Assembly: GCA_046542505.1 (NCBI GenBank)
Contig: JBKHBH010000026.1
Location: forward strand, 1-25,975
Reading direction: 5' to 3'
Source of the DNA: Thermovirgaceae bacterium
GTDB lineage: Bacteria > Synergistota > Synergistia > Synergistales > Thermovirgaceae
Length of the DNA stretch: 25,975 bases
Both the position numbers and the translations under genes were made by a program. The notes under the pieces are model-generated. The model had not been told where the DNA came from. It was given only the letters and a program-made list of their open reading frames with translations, and did no database searches. Of the stretch, positions 8,254 through 16,939 are shown piece after piece (position 1 is the stretch's first letter; every line of letters begins with the position of its first letter).

Positions 8254-8802
8254 TTGCTTGTGGAATTGCGGATACACGGCAGGGGAGGTCAGGGTTCGGT
8301 CGCCATGGCGGAGATGATCGCCGGTGCTGCTTTTGCCGAAGGGAAATTCGCCCAGGCCTTTCCCTACCTGGGAGGCGGCGGAGAGCGCAGGGGAGCACCG
8401 GTACAGGCCTACGCCCGCATCTCGGATGAGATGATCCGCCTGAGGGAAAAGATCGAGGAGCCTGATCTGGTCATCGTGCAGGACCCTTCGATCATGGACA
8501 TGGTGGATGTCGTGGCGGGTCTCAAGGACGGGGGGACCCTTCTGGTCAACGCCGAGGAGCCCCTGGACCTGGACCGCCGGAATGTCAAGGCCTTTTACGT
8601 TCCTGCGACAAGGATCGCCATTGAGACCATCGGGCGCCCTATCATGAACACGGCGCTCATGGGAGCTTTCGCGAGAATCACCGGGCTCATAGGGGTCGAA
8701 GCCGTGGAACAGGCTGTCACGGAACGGTTCCCGAAGGAGATTGCCGAGAAGAACATTCTTGCCGTGCGAAAGGCCTTTGAAGAAGTGGGAGGTGGAAAGT
8801 GA
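8254..8802 (+). CDS. porG: 2-oxoacid:ferredoxin oxidoreductase gamma subunit
   Basis: ELRIHGRGGQG, ERRGAPV, GRPIMNTALMGA; probable TTG start at 8254 after GGAGGGG. Confidence 0.93.
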   Translation: MLVELRIHGRGGQGSVAMAEMIAGAAFAEGKFAQAFPYLGGGGERRGAPVQAYARISDEMIRLREKIEEPDLVIVQDPSIMDMVDVVAGLKDGGTLLVNAEEPLDLDRRNVKAFYVPATRIAIETIGRPIMNTALMGAFARITGLIGVEAVEQAVTERFPKEIAEKNILAVRKAFEEVGGGK

Positions 8803-9059
8803 TGGACCTGCCTCTTGGAGGAGTCTGCAGGGCTGGTGAGTCGAAGAAGCTCGAGACGGGGAAATGGAGGGCCTTCCGCCCCGTGGTGGACAGCGAAAAG
8901 TGCATCAAGTGCGGGCGCTGCGCCGATTTCTGCCCGGATTCGTGCATGGAAATCACCGAAAACGGGGCAGTGGCGAATCTCTTTTATTGCAAGGGATGCC
9001 TTATTTGCATGAGGGAATGCCCGGTCAATGCCATAACGAAGGAGGTCGAGCAAAAGTGA
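8799..9059 (+). CDS. porD: 2-oxoacid:ferredoxin oxidoreductase delta subunit (2x[4Fe-4S])
   Basis: TGKWRAFRPVVD, CIKCGRCADFCP and CKGCLICMRECP; GTGA overlap with porG. Confidence 0.93.
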   Translation: MMDLPLGGVCRAGESKKLETGKWRAFRPVVDSEKCIKCGRCADFCPDSCMEITENGAVANLFYCKGCLICMRECPVNAITKEVEQK

Positions 9060-10249
9060 AGGGAAAAACGGCCATCCTCGAGGGTTCGAGGGCGGTTGCG
9101 GAAGCGGTCTGTGCCTGTCGGCCCGATGTCGTTTCCGTTTACCCCATTACGCCCCAGACGCACATTCTTGAAGACTTGGCGAAGTTCGTCGCCTCGGGAC
9201 GTTTGAAAAGCCAGTTCGTCCGGGCGGATTCGGAATTCTCGGCGGCTTCGATAGTCTACGGGGCCAGCGCAGCCGGGGCCCGGGCCTATACGGCATCGGC
9301 GTCGCAGGGTCTTTTGCTGATGAATGAAGTCATCTACGCCATGGCCTCAACGAGACTTCCGGTGCTGCTTACTGTGGTGAACAGGGCGGTTTCAGCGCCG
9401 ATCACCATCCAGCCCGATCACCAGGACAGCATGAGCCTCCGGGATACGGGGGCCTTGCAGATACACGTGGAAAGCATGCAGGAAGCCTACGACGCGCATG
9501 TCCAGGCCTTCCGCATCTGTGAGGACCCTGAAGTGCAGCTGCCGTTAATGGTGTGCCTTGACGGATGGGTCATCAGTCATTCCTACGAGCCTGTAACGGT
9601 ATTCCCGGAAGGGGCTGTTTCAGAGTTCGCAGGAACATTCAACCCCGTCCAGAAACTGGATCCCGAAAGCCCCCTGACCTACGGCGCCTATGCCGACCAG
9701 GACGTGCTCATGGAATACCGTTACGCTCTCATGTGCGCCCAGGAAAAGGCAAAAGAAAAGATCCGGGCAGTGACGTCTGAGTATCGAGATGTTTTCGGGA
9801 ATTTTGACGGTGACCTCATCGACACGTACCAGGTGGAGGACGCCGAGGTGGTTCTCGTCGCGATGGGATCAATGGTTTCAACCATCCGTGCCGCTGTTGA
9901 CGAGCTGAGGAGCCAGGGACGGAAAGTGGGCCTTATCAAGGTGAGAACCTTCAGGCCTTTCCCGAAAGAGGAGATCATCGAGGCTTGTGCCGGCGTTCCC
10001 GTTGTGGCGGTGCTGGACAAGAGCCTCAGTGTCAACACCGGGGGCATCCTTGCTACCGAAATGAAGAACGCCTTCTACGGAAGAGCCCATCAACCTGTAA
10101 TCGTACCTTTCATGGCTGGCCTGGGAGGCAAGGACATGAACCGGCGGATCGTCAAGGACATCGTGGATGTCGCCTTCACAAAAGGCGATGAGGGCACCGG
10201 CCAGGTCGAGACGGTCTGGATGGGCCTGAATCACGACTACTTCGCCTGA
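9056..10249 (+). CDS. porA: 2-oxoacid:ferredoxin oxidoreductase alpha subunit
   Basis: GTG 9056 overlapping the porD stop; YPITPQT, SEFSA, TASASQGL, NRAVSAP, RTFRPFP, GLGGKD motifs. Confidence 0.93.
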   Translation: MKGKTAILEGSRAVAEAVCACRPDVVSVYPITPQTHILEDLAKFVASGRLKSQFVRADSEFSAASIVYGASAAGARAYTASASQGLLLMNEVIYAMASTRLPVLLTVVNRAVSAPITIQPDHQDSMSLRDTGALQIHVESMQEAYDAHVQAFRICEDPEVQLPLMVCLDGWVISHSYEPVTVFPEGAVSEFAGTFNPVQKLDPESPLTYGAYADQDVLMEYRYALMCAQEKAKEKIRAVTSEYRDVFGNFDGDLIDTYQVEDAEVVLVAMGSMVSTIRAAVDELRSQGRKVGLIKVRTFRPFPKEEIIEACAGVPVVAVLDKSLSVNTGGILATEMKNAFYGRAHQPVIVPFMAGLGGKDMNRRIVKDIVDVAFTKGDEGTGQVETVWMGLNHDYFA

Positions 10250-10275
10250 TTGTGCAAAAGGGCTGTGGAGGGAAG

Positions 10276-11175
10276 ATGACCATGTGGACAGAACAGACGC
10301 AAGTGAAGGAATTGCACGCACCGGGGCACAGGGCCTGCCCGGGCTGCGGGTGTGCCCTGGCCGTAAAGCTCATTCTGCGGGAGACGGGGCCGAACACCAT
10401 CGTCGTCTCGCCGACTGGATGCCTCGAGACGTTCACCAGTCCTTTCAGGGGGTCTTCCTGGGAAGTCCCCTGGATCCATTCGCTTTTTGAGAATGCCCCA
10501 GCCATTGCCACGGGGGTCCTTGCCGGTCTCAAGGCGAAGGAAAACCCGAAAGGGGCGAAGGTCGTGGCTATCGGCGGCGACGGGGGCACCTACGATATCG
10601 GCATGGGAGCACTTTCGGGGATGCTCGAGCGGGGCGACGACATTCTCTATATCTGTTACGACAACGAGGCGTACATGAACACCGGAATCCAGGGAAGCAG
10701 CGCCACGCCTTACGGCGCAGGCACCACGACGACCCCCGTCGCCGAAGAGACTTTCGGAAAAAACGTGGCCAAAAAGGACCTCGTCGCCATAGCCCTGGCC
10801 CACAAGGCACCATACGTGGCCACGGCAAGCATTGCCGATCCCGCGGACCTGAAGAAGAAGGTCAGAAAGGGCATGGATACGCCTGGCCCGGCGGTGATCC
10901 TCATGCTGACACCCTGCAACCTCGGCTGGGGTTTTGATCCCGCAGACACGGTGGAACTGGCGCGCAGAGCCATCGCCACAGGGCTTTTTCCTATCGTGGA
11001 GTACGAGAAGGGGAACCTGGTCTCGGTAAAAAAGATCAAGCCCGTTCCCGTCGAGGAGTATCTCAAACCACAGAAGCGGTATCAGCACCTCTTCAAGGGT
11101 GAAGGGTTCAAAAACGTCCTGGAGGCCATCCAAAAGAGCGCTGACGAGAACATCGAGAAATTCGGGCTTGCATGA
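10276..11175 (+). CDS. porB: 2-oxoacid:ferredoxin oxidoreductase beta subunit (TPP-binding, Fe-S)
   Basis: GHRACPGCG, TGCLE, GGDG...DNEAYMNTG TPP motif, PCNLGW; ATG 10276 after GGAGGG. Confidence 0.93.
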   Translation: MTMWTEQTQVKELHAPGHRACPGCGCALAVKLILRETGPNTIVVSPTGCLETFTSPFRGSSWEVPWIHSLFENAPAIATGVLAGLKAKENPKGAKVVAIGGDGGTYDIGMGALSGMLERGDDILYICYDNEAYMNTGIQGSSATPYGAGTTTTPVAEETFGKNVAKKDLVAIALAHKAPYVATASIADPADLKKKVRKGMDTPGPAVILMLTPCNLGWGFDPADTVELARRAIATGLFPIVEYEKGNLVSVKKIKPVPVEEYLKPQKRYQHLFKGEGFKNVLEAIQKSADENIEKFGLA

Positions 11176-11212
11176 TCCGGAACACCACAGGAAAGAAAAA
11201 GGAGTGAGCGAC

Positions 11213-12070
11213 GTGGAAAAGATCCTGATATACGGGACAGGGACAATGGGTACCGGCATCGCCCATGTTTGCGCTGCTTCGGGAAAGACCGTCTTCGTTG
11301 TCTCGGCACGCGGCGGGACGGAACGGGCCGAAAAGGGAAAGGCAAAAATCGCTTCCTTCCTCGACAGGGCGGTGCAAAAAGGAAAGGAAACTGCCGAAAG
11401 GGCCGAGCAAACCATGGGGAACATCATCCCGACGGCGGACGCCGGGGATGTCGTCTCGGAGGCGGATCTCGTCATTGAAGCCGCTGCGGAGGACATGACG
11501 GTCAAGAAGGAATTCTTCAAAAAGCTCGTCGAGGCAGGGCCCGGGGGGGATACGATACTTGCAACGAACAGTTCCGCCCTGAGCATTACCGAAATTTCGA
11601 ATGTGACGGAAAATCCCGATCGCTTTCTTGGCATCCATTTCTTCAACCCGGCGCCGGTGATGAAGCTCGTGGAGATCGTCAAAGGTCTTCCCACCAGCGA
11701 CGAGACTGTATCCAGGGTGCAGGCTTTCGTGGAATCCCTGGGCAAGTCGCCCATCCTGGTAAACGAGGCCCCGGGTTTCGTGGTCAACCGCATCCTGGTT
11801 CCCATGATCAACGAAGCCGCCTACGCCCTCATGGAAGGTGTCGCCTCTGCCGAGGACATCGACAGCGGCATGAAGCTCGGCGCGAATCACCCTATTGGCC
11901 CTCTCGCACTGGCCGACCTGATCGGTCTCGATGTCTGCCTGGCAGTGATGGAAACCCTTTACACTGAATTCGGGGATACAAAATATCGACCATGCCCGCT
12001 TCTCAGGAAAAACGTACGGGCCGGCTACCTGGGCCGCAAGACGAAACGGGGATTTTTCGTTTACGAATAG
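11213..12070 (+). CDS. hbd: 3-hydroxybutyryl-CoA dehydrogenase
   Basis: GTGTMGTGIA, IEAAAE, ATNSSALSIT, GIHFFNPAPVMKLVE, PGFVVNRIL, GANHPIGPLALADLIGLD; GTG start 11213 after AAGGAG. Confidence 0.93.
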   Translation: MEKILIYGTGTMGTGIAHVCAASGKTVFVVSARGGTERAEKGKAKIASFLDRAVQKGKETAERAEQTMGNIIPTADAGDVVSEADLVIEAAAEDMTVKKEFFKKLVEAGPGGDTILATNSSALSITEISNVTENPDRFLGIHFFNPAPVMKLVEIVKGLPTSDETVSRVQAFVESLGKSPILVNEAPGFVVNRILVPMINEAAYALMEGVASAEDIDSGMKLGANHPIGPLALADLIGLDVCLAVMETLYTEFGDTKYRPCPLLRKNVRAGYLGRKTKRGFFVYE

Positions 12071-12101
12071 GCCATCAGAAGGCCCTGGAGGTGACAGACC
12101 G

Positions 12102-13553
12102 GTGAAAAGCCGCAAGGAATATATTGAAAGTCTCCGCAAGCTCAACCCCGTGATCTACTACCTCGGGGAGAAAGTGGAGAGCGTCGTCGACTATCCGGCG
12201 TTCCAGCCCCATATCAACAGTGCAGCGCTCACCTACGAGCTCGCTTGCACTCCGGGATACGAAGACCTGCTGACGGCATGGTCTCCTTTCCTGGAGGAAC
12301 AGGTGAACCGCTTTACCCATATTCACGAAAACTCCGACGACCTTGTCAAGAAGGTCAAGGCCCTGCGTATGCTCGGCCAGAAGACGGGAGCGTGCTTTCA
12401 GCGCTGCGTGGGGTGGGATGCCATCAACGCCGTCTATTCGGTCACCTGGGAAATCGATCGTGACAAGGGGACGTCACTGCACAAGCGCTTTCTGGAATTC
12501 CTCAAGCGGGTCCAGAAGGAAGACCTCATGCTGTGCGGCGCCATGACGGATGTCAAGGGAGACCGGGGGAAGAAGCCTTCACAGCAGGAAGACCCCGACA
12601 TGTATGTACACGTGGTGGAACGCAGGGACGACGGCATCATTGTGCGGGGGGCAAAGGCTCATATGACGGGTATGGTCAACTCCCACGAAATGCTGGTGAT
12701 GCCCACCACGAGTCTCGGCGAGGAGGATGCCGATTACGCCGTGTGTTTTGCTCTCCCCGTGGACGCGCCCGGGGTCATCCACGTTTTCGGCAGACAGACC
12801 AACGACACGCGGCGTCACGAGGATTCCACCATTGATACGGGAAATCATGCCTACGGCATGGTCGGGGGCGAAACGCTCACAATCCTCGACGACGTTTTCG
12901 TCCCATGGGAAAAGGTGTTCCTCTGCGGAGAATATGAGTACGCGGGACTCCTCGTTGAACGGTTTGCCACCCTGCACCGCCAGAACTACGGGGGATGCAA
13001 GACGGGCGTCTGCGACGTCATCATCGGGGCGGCCGCGGCACTTGCAGATTACAACGGCGTCGAAAAGGCTTCCCACATCAGGGACAAGCTCGTAGAGATG
13101 ACGTGCCTGGCGGAAACGCTTTACAGCTGTTCCCTCGCCTGTTCCCATGAGGGACATCCTACGCCGAGCGGATCATACGGAGCCGATTCCATGCTGGCCA
13201 ACATCACCAAGCAGAATGTCACAAAGAACATATATGAAGTATGCCGTGTTGCACAGGATGTTGCCGGGGGACTGATGGCGACGCTGCCTTCCGAGGCGGA
13301 TCTGAAAAATCCCGAAACGGGCCCCTTTCTTGTCAAGTATCTCAAGGGCCGTGACGGTGTCGACACCGAGGCGAGGGTGAGAATGATGCGCCTCATAGAG
13401 AATCTCACCGGGGGTACGGCGCTTGTTGAGTCAATGCACGGTGCGGGGTCTCCCCAGGCGCAGAAAATAATGATCTTCCGAAATTCGAGTATCAAGGGCA
13501 AAAAGAAGCTGGCCGAGATTCTGGCCGGCGTGAAAGCGGAACAGGAAGAATGA
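12102..13553 (+). CDS. abfD: 4-hydroxybutyryl-CoA dehydratase / vinylacetyl-CoA isomerase (FAD, [4Fe-4S])
   Basis: CFQRCVG and HRQNYGGCK provide the 3Cys-1His cluster ligands plus Tyr/Lys; MTDVKGDR, GAKAHMTG and ESMHGAGSPQAQ are conserved. Confidence 0.9.
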   Translation: MKSRKEYIESLRKLNPVIYYLGEKVESVVDYPAFQPHINSAALTYELACTPGYEDLLTAWSPFLEEQVNRFTHIHENSDDLVKKVKALRMLGQKTGACFQRCVGWDAINAVYSVTWEIDRDKGTSLHKRFLEFLKRVQKEDLMLCGAMTDVKGDRGKKPSQQEDPDMYVHVVERRDDGIIVRGAKAHMTGMVNSHEMLVMPTTSLGEEDADYAVCFALPVDAPGVIHVFGRQTNDTRRHEDSTIDTGNHAYGMVGGETLTILDDVFVPWEKVFLCGEYEYAGLLVERFATLHRQNYGGCKTGVCDVIIGAAAALADYNGVEKASHIRDKLVEMTCLAETLYSCSLACSHEGHPTPSGSYGADSMLANITKQNVTKNIYEVCRVAQDVAGGLMATLPSEADLKNPETGPFLVKYLKGRDGVDTEARVRMMRLIENLTGGTALVESMHGAGSPQAQKIMIFRNSSIKGKKKLAEILAGVKAEQEE

Positions 13554-13594
13554 AAGAAGCGGCGGGAAAAGGATGCAGACCGGAGGTGCAGGAC

Positions 13595-14386
13595 ATGACG
13601 GAATCTCATGAAAACAGGGCGCTTCTCGTGGAAGATATCGGCGATGGTGTCCGGGTTCTTACCCTTAACAGGCCCCGGGCGCTGAACGCGCTGAGTGCGG
13701 AAATCCTCGGTCAGCTGAAGGAAGCCTTTTCCGCGGCGGGCGAAGATCCCTCGGTTCGGGTGATTCTTTTGACGGGCAGCGGGAAAGCCTTCGCTGCAGG
13801 TGCAGACCTTGCTGCCTTGGCCGGTTTTACCAAGGACGAAGCCGTGGAGTTTTCAAGAAACGGCTACGAACTCTTTGACATGATCGAATCCGTGAGACAG
13901 CCGGTTATCGCCGTCTTAAACGGATATACCCTCGGCGGCGGGCTGGAGCTCGCCCTCTCATGCGATTTCCGGTTCGCAGCGGAGACGGTCCAGGTGGCGC
14001 TTCCCGAAATCTTGCTCGGCATCATTCCGGGTTTCGGAGGCACCCAGAGACTTGCAGCTGTTGCGGGTCACGCCAGGGCGAAGGATATGATCCTGACGGG
14101 CCGGAGGATCGAGGCCTCCGAGGCGTTGGAATGGGGTGTTTTGCACAGGGTATTCCCGAAGGACACGCTTTGGGACGAATCCCTGGCATTTGCGAAAACC
14201 CTTGCGGCGCTGAGCAAAAAGGCGCTAGCCGAGGCAAAGGGTGTCCTCAACGCCACAAGGAACATGGCCGTAGCGGAAGGGCTCGAAAGGGAGAACGAAG
14301 CCTTCGGCAGATGTTTCGAGCACGGCGACAGCCGTGAGGGCATCAGGGCCTTCCTCGAAAAGCGGAAGCCCGATTTCGAAAAATAG
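13595..14386 (+). CDS. crt: Enoyl-CoA hydratase (crotonase)
   Basis: LNRPRALNAL, AFAAGADL, GGGLELAL and LPEILLGIIPGFGGTQRL (both catalytic Glu present), AFLEKRKP; ATG 13595 after GGAGG. Confidence 0.9.
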   Translation: MTESHENRALLVEDIGDGVRVLTLNRPRALNALSAEILGQLKEAFSAAGEDPSVRVILLTGSGKAFAAGADLAALAGFTKDEAVEFSRNGYELFDMIESVRQPVIAVLNGYTLGGGLELALSCDFRFAAETVQVALPEILLGIIPGFGGTQRLAAVAGHARAKDMILTGRRIEASEALEWGVLHRVFPKDTLWDESLAFAKTLAALSKKALAEAKGVLNATRNMAVAEGLERENEAFGRCFEHGDSREGIRAFLEKRKPDFEK

Positions 14387-14450
14387 GTCTTTCGGAAAAT
14401 GGGACACGGGAGAAAGCAAGAACGGAATGCATTAATAGGGGGGGAAAGCA

Positions 14451-15662
14451 ATGAGTGTCGTATCCCTGGTTAAAGTCGGACAGGACGACGAAAAGGGCAT
14501 ACTAGAAGCGGTTCGCCGCTCCATCGATTTTGCAGGAGGGCTGGATGATATTGTCAGCCCGGGGGATCTTGTCCTCATCAAACCGAATCTGGTCGCCGTC
14601 CCGGCAGGACGTGCAACAGGAGCCATCACTCGGTGGGAAGTGTGCAAGGCCATCGCAGACCTTGTGAGAGAAAAGGGCGCCGAGCCGGTGATCGCGGAAT
14701 CTTCAGCGGCAGGCGTCGATACTGAAAAAGTCATCCAGGCAGGGGAGTATGACAAACTGCGGGAAATGGGTTACAGGGTGGTGGACCTGAAGACGAGTCC
14801 CAGGGCGAAAATCCCCGTACCGGACGGACATGTCGTCTTTTCCGAGCTCGGATCCTGGGAGCTTGTCAGGGATGCTGATGTGATCATAAGTGTCCCGGTC
14901 CTGAAAACCCACGACCAGACTGAAGTCACCTTGAGCATGAAGAACCTGAAGGGGCTGCTTGATGACCCGACCAAGAAGGCCTTCCATCGGGACGGGCTCC
15001 TGGAAGGCGTGGTCGATCTTATGACGGCCTTAACCCCGAAACTCACCGTTGTGGATGGGACGATCGGCCAGGAGGGCATGGGACCCATATTCGGGACCCC
15101 GGTGCCCATGGGGCTTGTTCTGGCCTCCAAAGACCTTGTGGCGGCGGATGCTGTCGGCAGCAAAATCATGGGCTACGAACCGGAAGACGTGATGATCACC
15201 GTCAGGGCGGCAGCCAGGGGTATTGGCGAAATGGACCTCGACAAGATTCAGGTGGTCGGGGACGCACAAATAGCCGATGTGCAAAGGCGCTTCCAGCGTG
15301 CCAGTGAAACGGAGATCGAAGGCGTTCCGCCCTTTGACCTTTTAATGGCCGAAGGCGCTTGCACGGGATGCCGTAACACCGTCATAAGTTCGATCCTGGA
15401 CCTCAAGAGCCAGGGTCTCGAGGGCTGCCTGGAAGGAAAGTATGTTATCGCCGGGCCGCTCGAGGAAAAAGACATCCCCGAAGGCGCAAACGAGGAGAAT
15501 ACCGTCCTCGTGGGGATCTGCACGCGCCATCTTGAAGGACGCGGAGTCTATGTGCAGGGATGCCCGCCGAACAACATCTTCATCGTCAGGGCCATCGTCG
15601 GCGAAGACCAGAAGATCGAAAGACGTTACGCCACAGAAGAAGGCGCTGACGACCAGGGATAA
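14451..15662 (+). CDS. DUF362-domain protein with C-terminal Cys-rich (probable Fe-S) domain
   Basis: VLIKPNL, IISVPVLKTH...TLSMKNLKG, VDG...EGMGP, DLVAADAV (DUF362 pattern); tail ACTGCR...GICT...GCPP. Confidence 0.85.
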   Translation: MSVVSLVKVGQDDEKGILEAVRRSIDFAGGLDDIVSPGDLVLIKPNLVAVPAGRATGAITRWEVCKAIADLVREKGAEPVIAESSAAGVDTEKVIQAGEYDKLREMGYRVVDLKTSPRAKIPVPDGHVVFSELGSWELVRDADVIISVPVLKTHDQTEVTLSMKNLKGLLDDPTKKAFHRDGLLEGVVDLMTALTPKLTVVDGTIGQEGMGPIFGTPVPMGLVLASKDLVAADAVGSKIMGYEPEDVMITVRAAARGIGEMDLDKIQVVGDAQIADVQRRFQRASETEIEGVPPFDLLMAEGACTGCRNTVISSILDLKSQGLEGCLEGKYVIAGPLEEKDIPEGANEENTVLVGICTRHLEGRGVYVQGCPPNNIFIVRAIVGEDQKIERRYATEEGADDQG

Positions 15663-15677
15663 GGGGGAAAAGAGAAA

Positions 15678-16853
15678 ATGCGTGAAGTTGTCGTAATAGA
15701 TGCCGTCCGAACGCCTGTGGGCCGCTTCTCGGGAGGTCTTGCACCTTTGAGCGCCTCCGATCTGGGGGCCCGTGCCATAGAGGCCCTCCTGGGGAGAACC
15801 GGGCTTGATTCCACGGAAGTGGACCACGTTGTCATGGGGTGCACCCTCCAGTTTGGCGAAAATGCGTACCTCAGCAGGCTTGCCGCGATCAAGGCGGGGA
15901 TCCCGAACCAGACCCCTGCGGTGACCGTCAACCGCCTTTGCGGATCCGGCCTCGAGGCCATCAATGAGGCTGCCCGGCTCATCCAGTTGGGCCTGGCGGA
16001 TGTTTGCGTCGCCGGCGGGGCCGAAAGCATGACCAACGGACCATACTTTTCCCCTCACATGCGGTCGGGAGCCCGTCTGGGTCACGTCACGCTCACCGAC
16101 GGCGTCGTCGCTTTGCTTACCGATCCGATGCTGGATGCCCACATGGGCATGACAGCGGAAAACCTTGCAGACAAATATGGAATCGCCCGGGAAGATCAGG
16201 ATGCCTTCGCCCTGGAAAGCCACAGGAAGGCCCTTCGGGCCTGCCGTGAAAAGCGTTTCGAGCGGGAGATCGTCCCCGTGGAGATCACTTCAAGGAAGAA
16301 AACCGTCATCGTCGAGGCCGACGAGGGACCCAGGGAGGACGCGTCACTCGAGTCCATGGCAAAACTGCGACCGGTCTTCAAGAAAGATGGCACCGTAACC
16401 GCAGGGAACGCATCGAGCCTGAACGACGCGGCCTCGGCGGTTCTGGTCATGGAGAAGGAAAAGGCTGTTGCTCTGGGCCTGGTCCCGAAATGGCGGATCG
16501 TCTCCCAGGCTGTGGCGGCCGTTGATCCGAAATATATGGGGATCGGCCCCATATACGCAGTGCCCAAGGCTTTGGAACAGGCGGGAAAGACCCTGCAGGA
16601 CATGGAAGTCATCGAGTTGAACGAAGCTTTTGCCGCCCAGTCTCTTGCCGTCCTGAAAGAACTTGGCCTCGATCAGGACCAGGTCAACCCCAACGGCGGG
16701 GCCATTGCTCTGGGGCACCCTATTGGAGCCACTGGAGCCATCGTTTTCACCAAGGCTGTGCATGAGCTGGAACGATGCGGAGGGGAATACGGCCTGGTCA
16801 CCCTTTGCATCGGGGGCGGCCAGGGGATCGCAACGGTGGTCAGGAAGATCTAG
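15678..16853 (+). CDS. Acetyl-CoA C-acetyltransferase (thiolase)
   Basis: RTPVG, NRLCGSG (catalytic Cys), [29 protein letters not shown]. Confidence 0.95.
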   Translation: MREVVVIDAVRTPVGRFSGGLAPLSASDLGARAIEALLGRTGLDSTEVDHVVMGCTLQFGENAYLSRLAAIKAGIPNQTPAVTVNRLCGSGLEAINEAARLIQLGLADVCVAGGAESMTNGPYFSPHMRSGARLGHVTLTDGVVALLTDPMLDAHMGMTAENLADKYGIAREDQDAFALESHRKALRACREKRFEREIVPVEITSRKKTVIVEADEGPREDASLESMAKLRPVFKKDGTVTAGNASSLNDAASAVLVMEKEKAVALGLVPKWRIVSQAVAAVDPKYMGIGPIYAVPKALEQAGKTLQDMEVIELNEAFAAQSLAVLKELGLDQDQVNPNGGAIALGHPIGATGAIVFTKAVHELERCGGEYGLVTLCIGGGQGIATVVRKI

Positions 16854-16863
16854 AAAGGAATCT

Positions 16864-16899
16864 GCGGGGAGAGGCTTTCACAAAGGGGCTTCTCCCCGT
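16864..16899 (+). other. Intra-operon stem-loop between thiolase and proC-like gene
   Basis: GCGGGGAGAGGC...GCTTCTCCCCGT long stem with G-U pairs; no strong U-tract. Confidence 0.6.
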
Positions 16900-16939
16900 C
16901 TTAAAGACAGATGGAATTCCACAGGGGAGTGTGACTTCA

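Noticed and set aside
10237..12145. Long minus-strand ORFs (524 aa and 345 aa) over porB and hbd
   Set aside because: Antisense to well-supported genes, with no family motifs.
12102..13553. Annotation as 4-hydroxyphenylacetate 3-monooxygenase (HpaB), which shares the domain family
   Set aside because: The Fe-S ligands CFQRC and H-x6-C and the crt/hbd/thiolase context identify AbfD.
11213..16853. Ordinary butyrate-synthesis operon
   Set aside because: No butyryl-CoA dehydrogenase, EtfAB, CoA-transferase or ptb/buk in the window.
1794..16899. Intergenic GC-rich hairpins as a REP/MITE repeat family
   Set aside because: The stems share only GC richness; loops and lengths differ, consistent with independent terminators or stabilisers.
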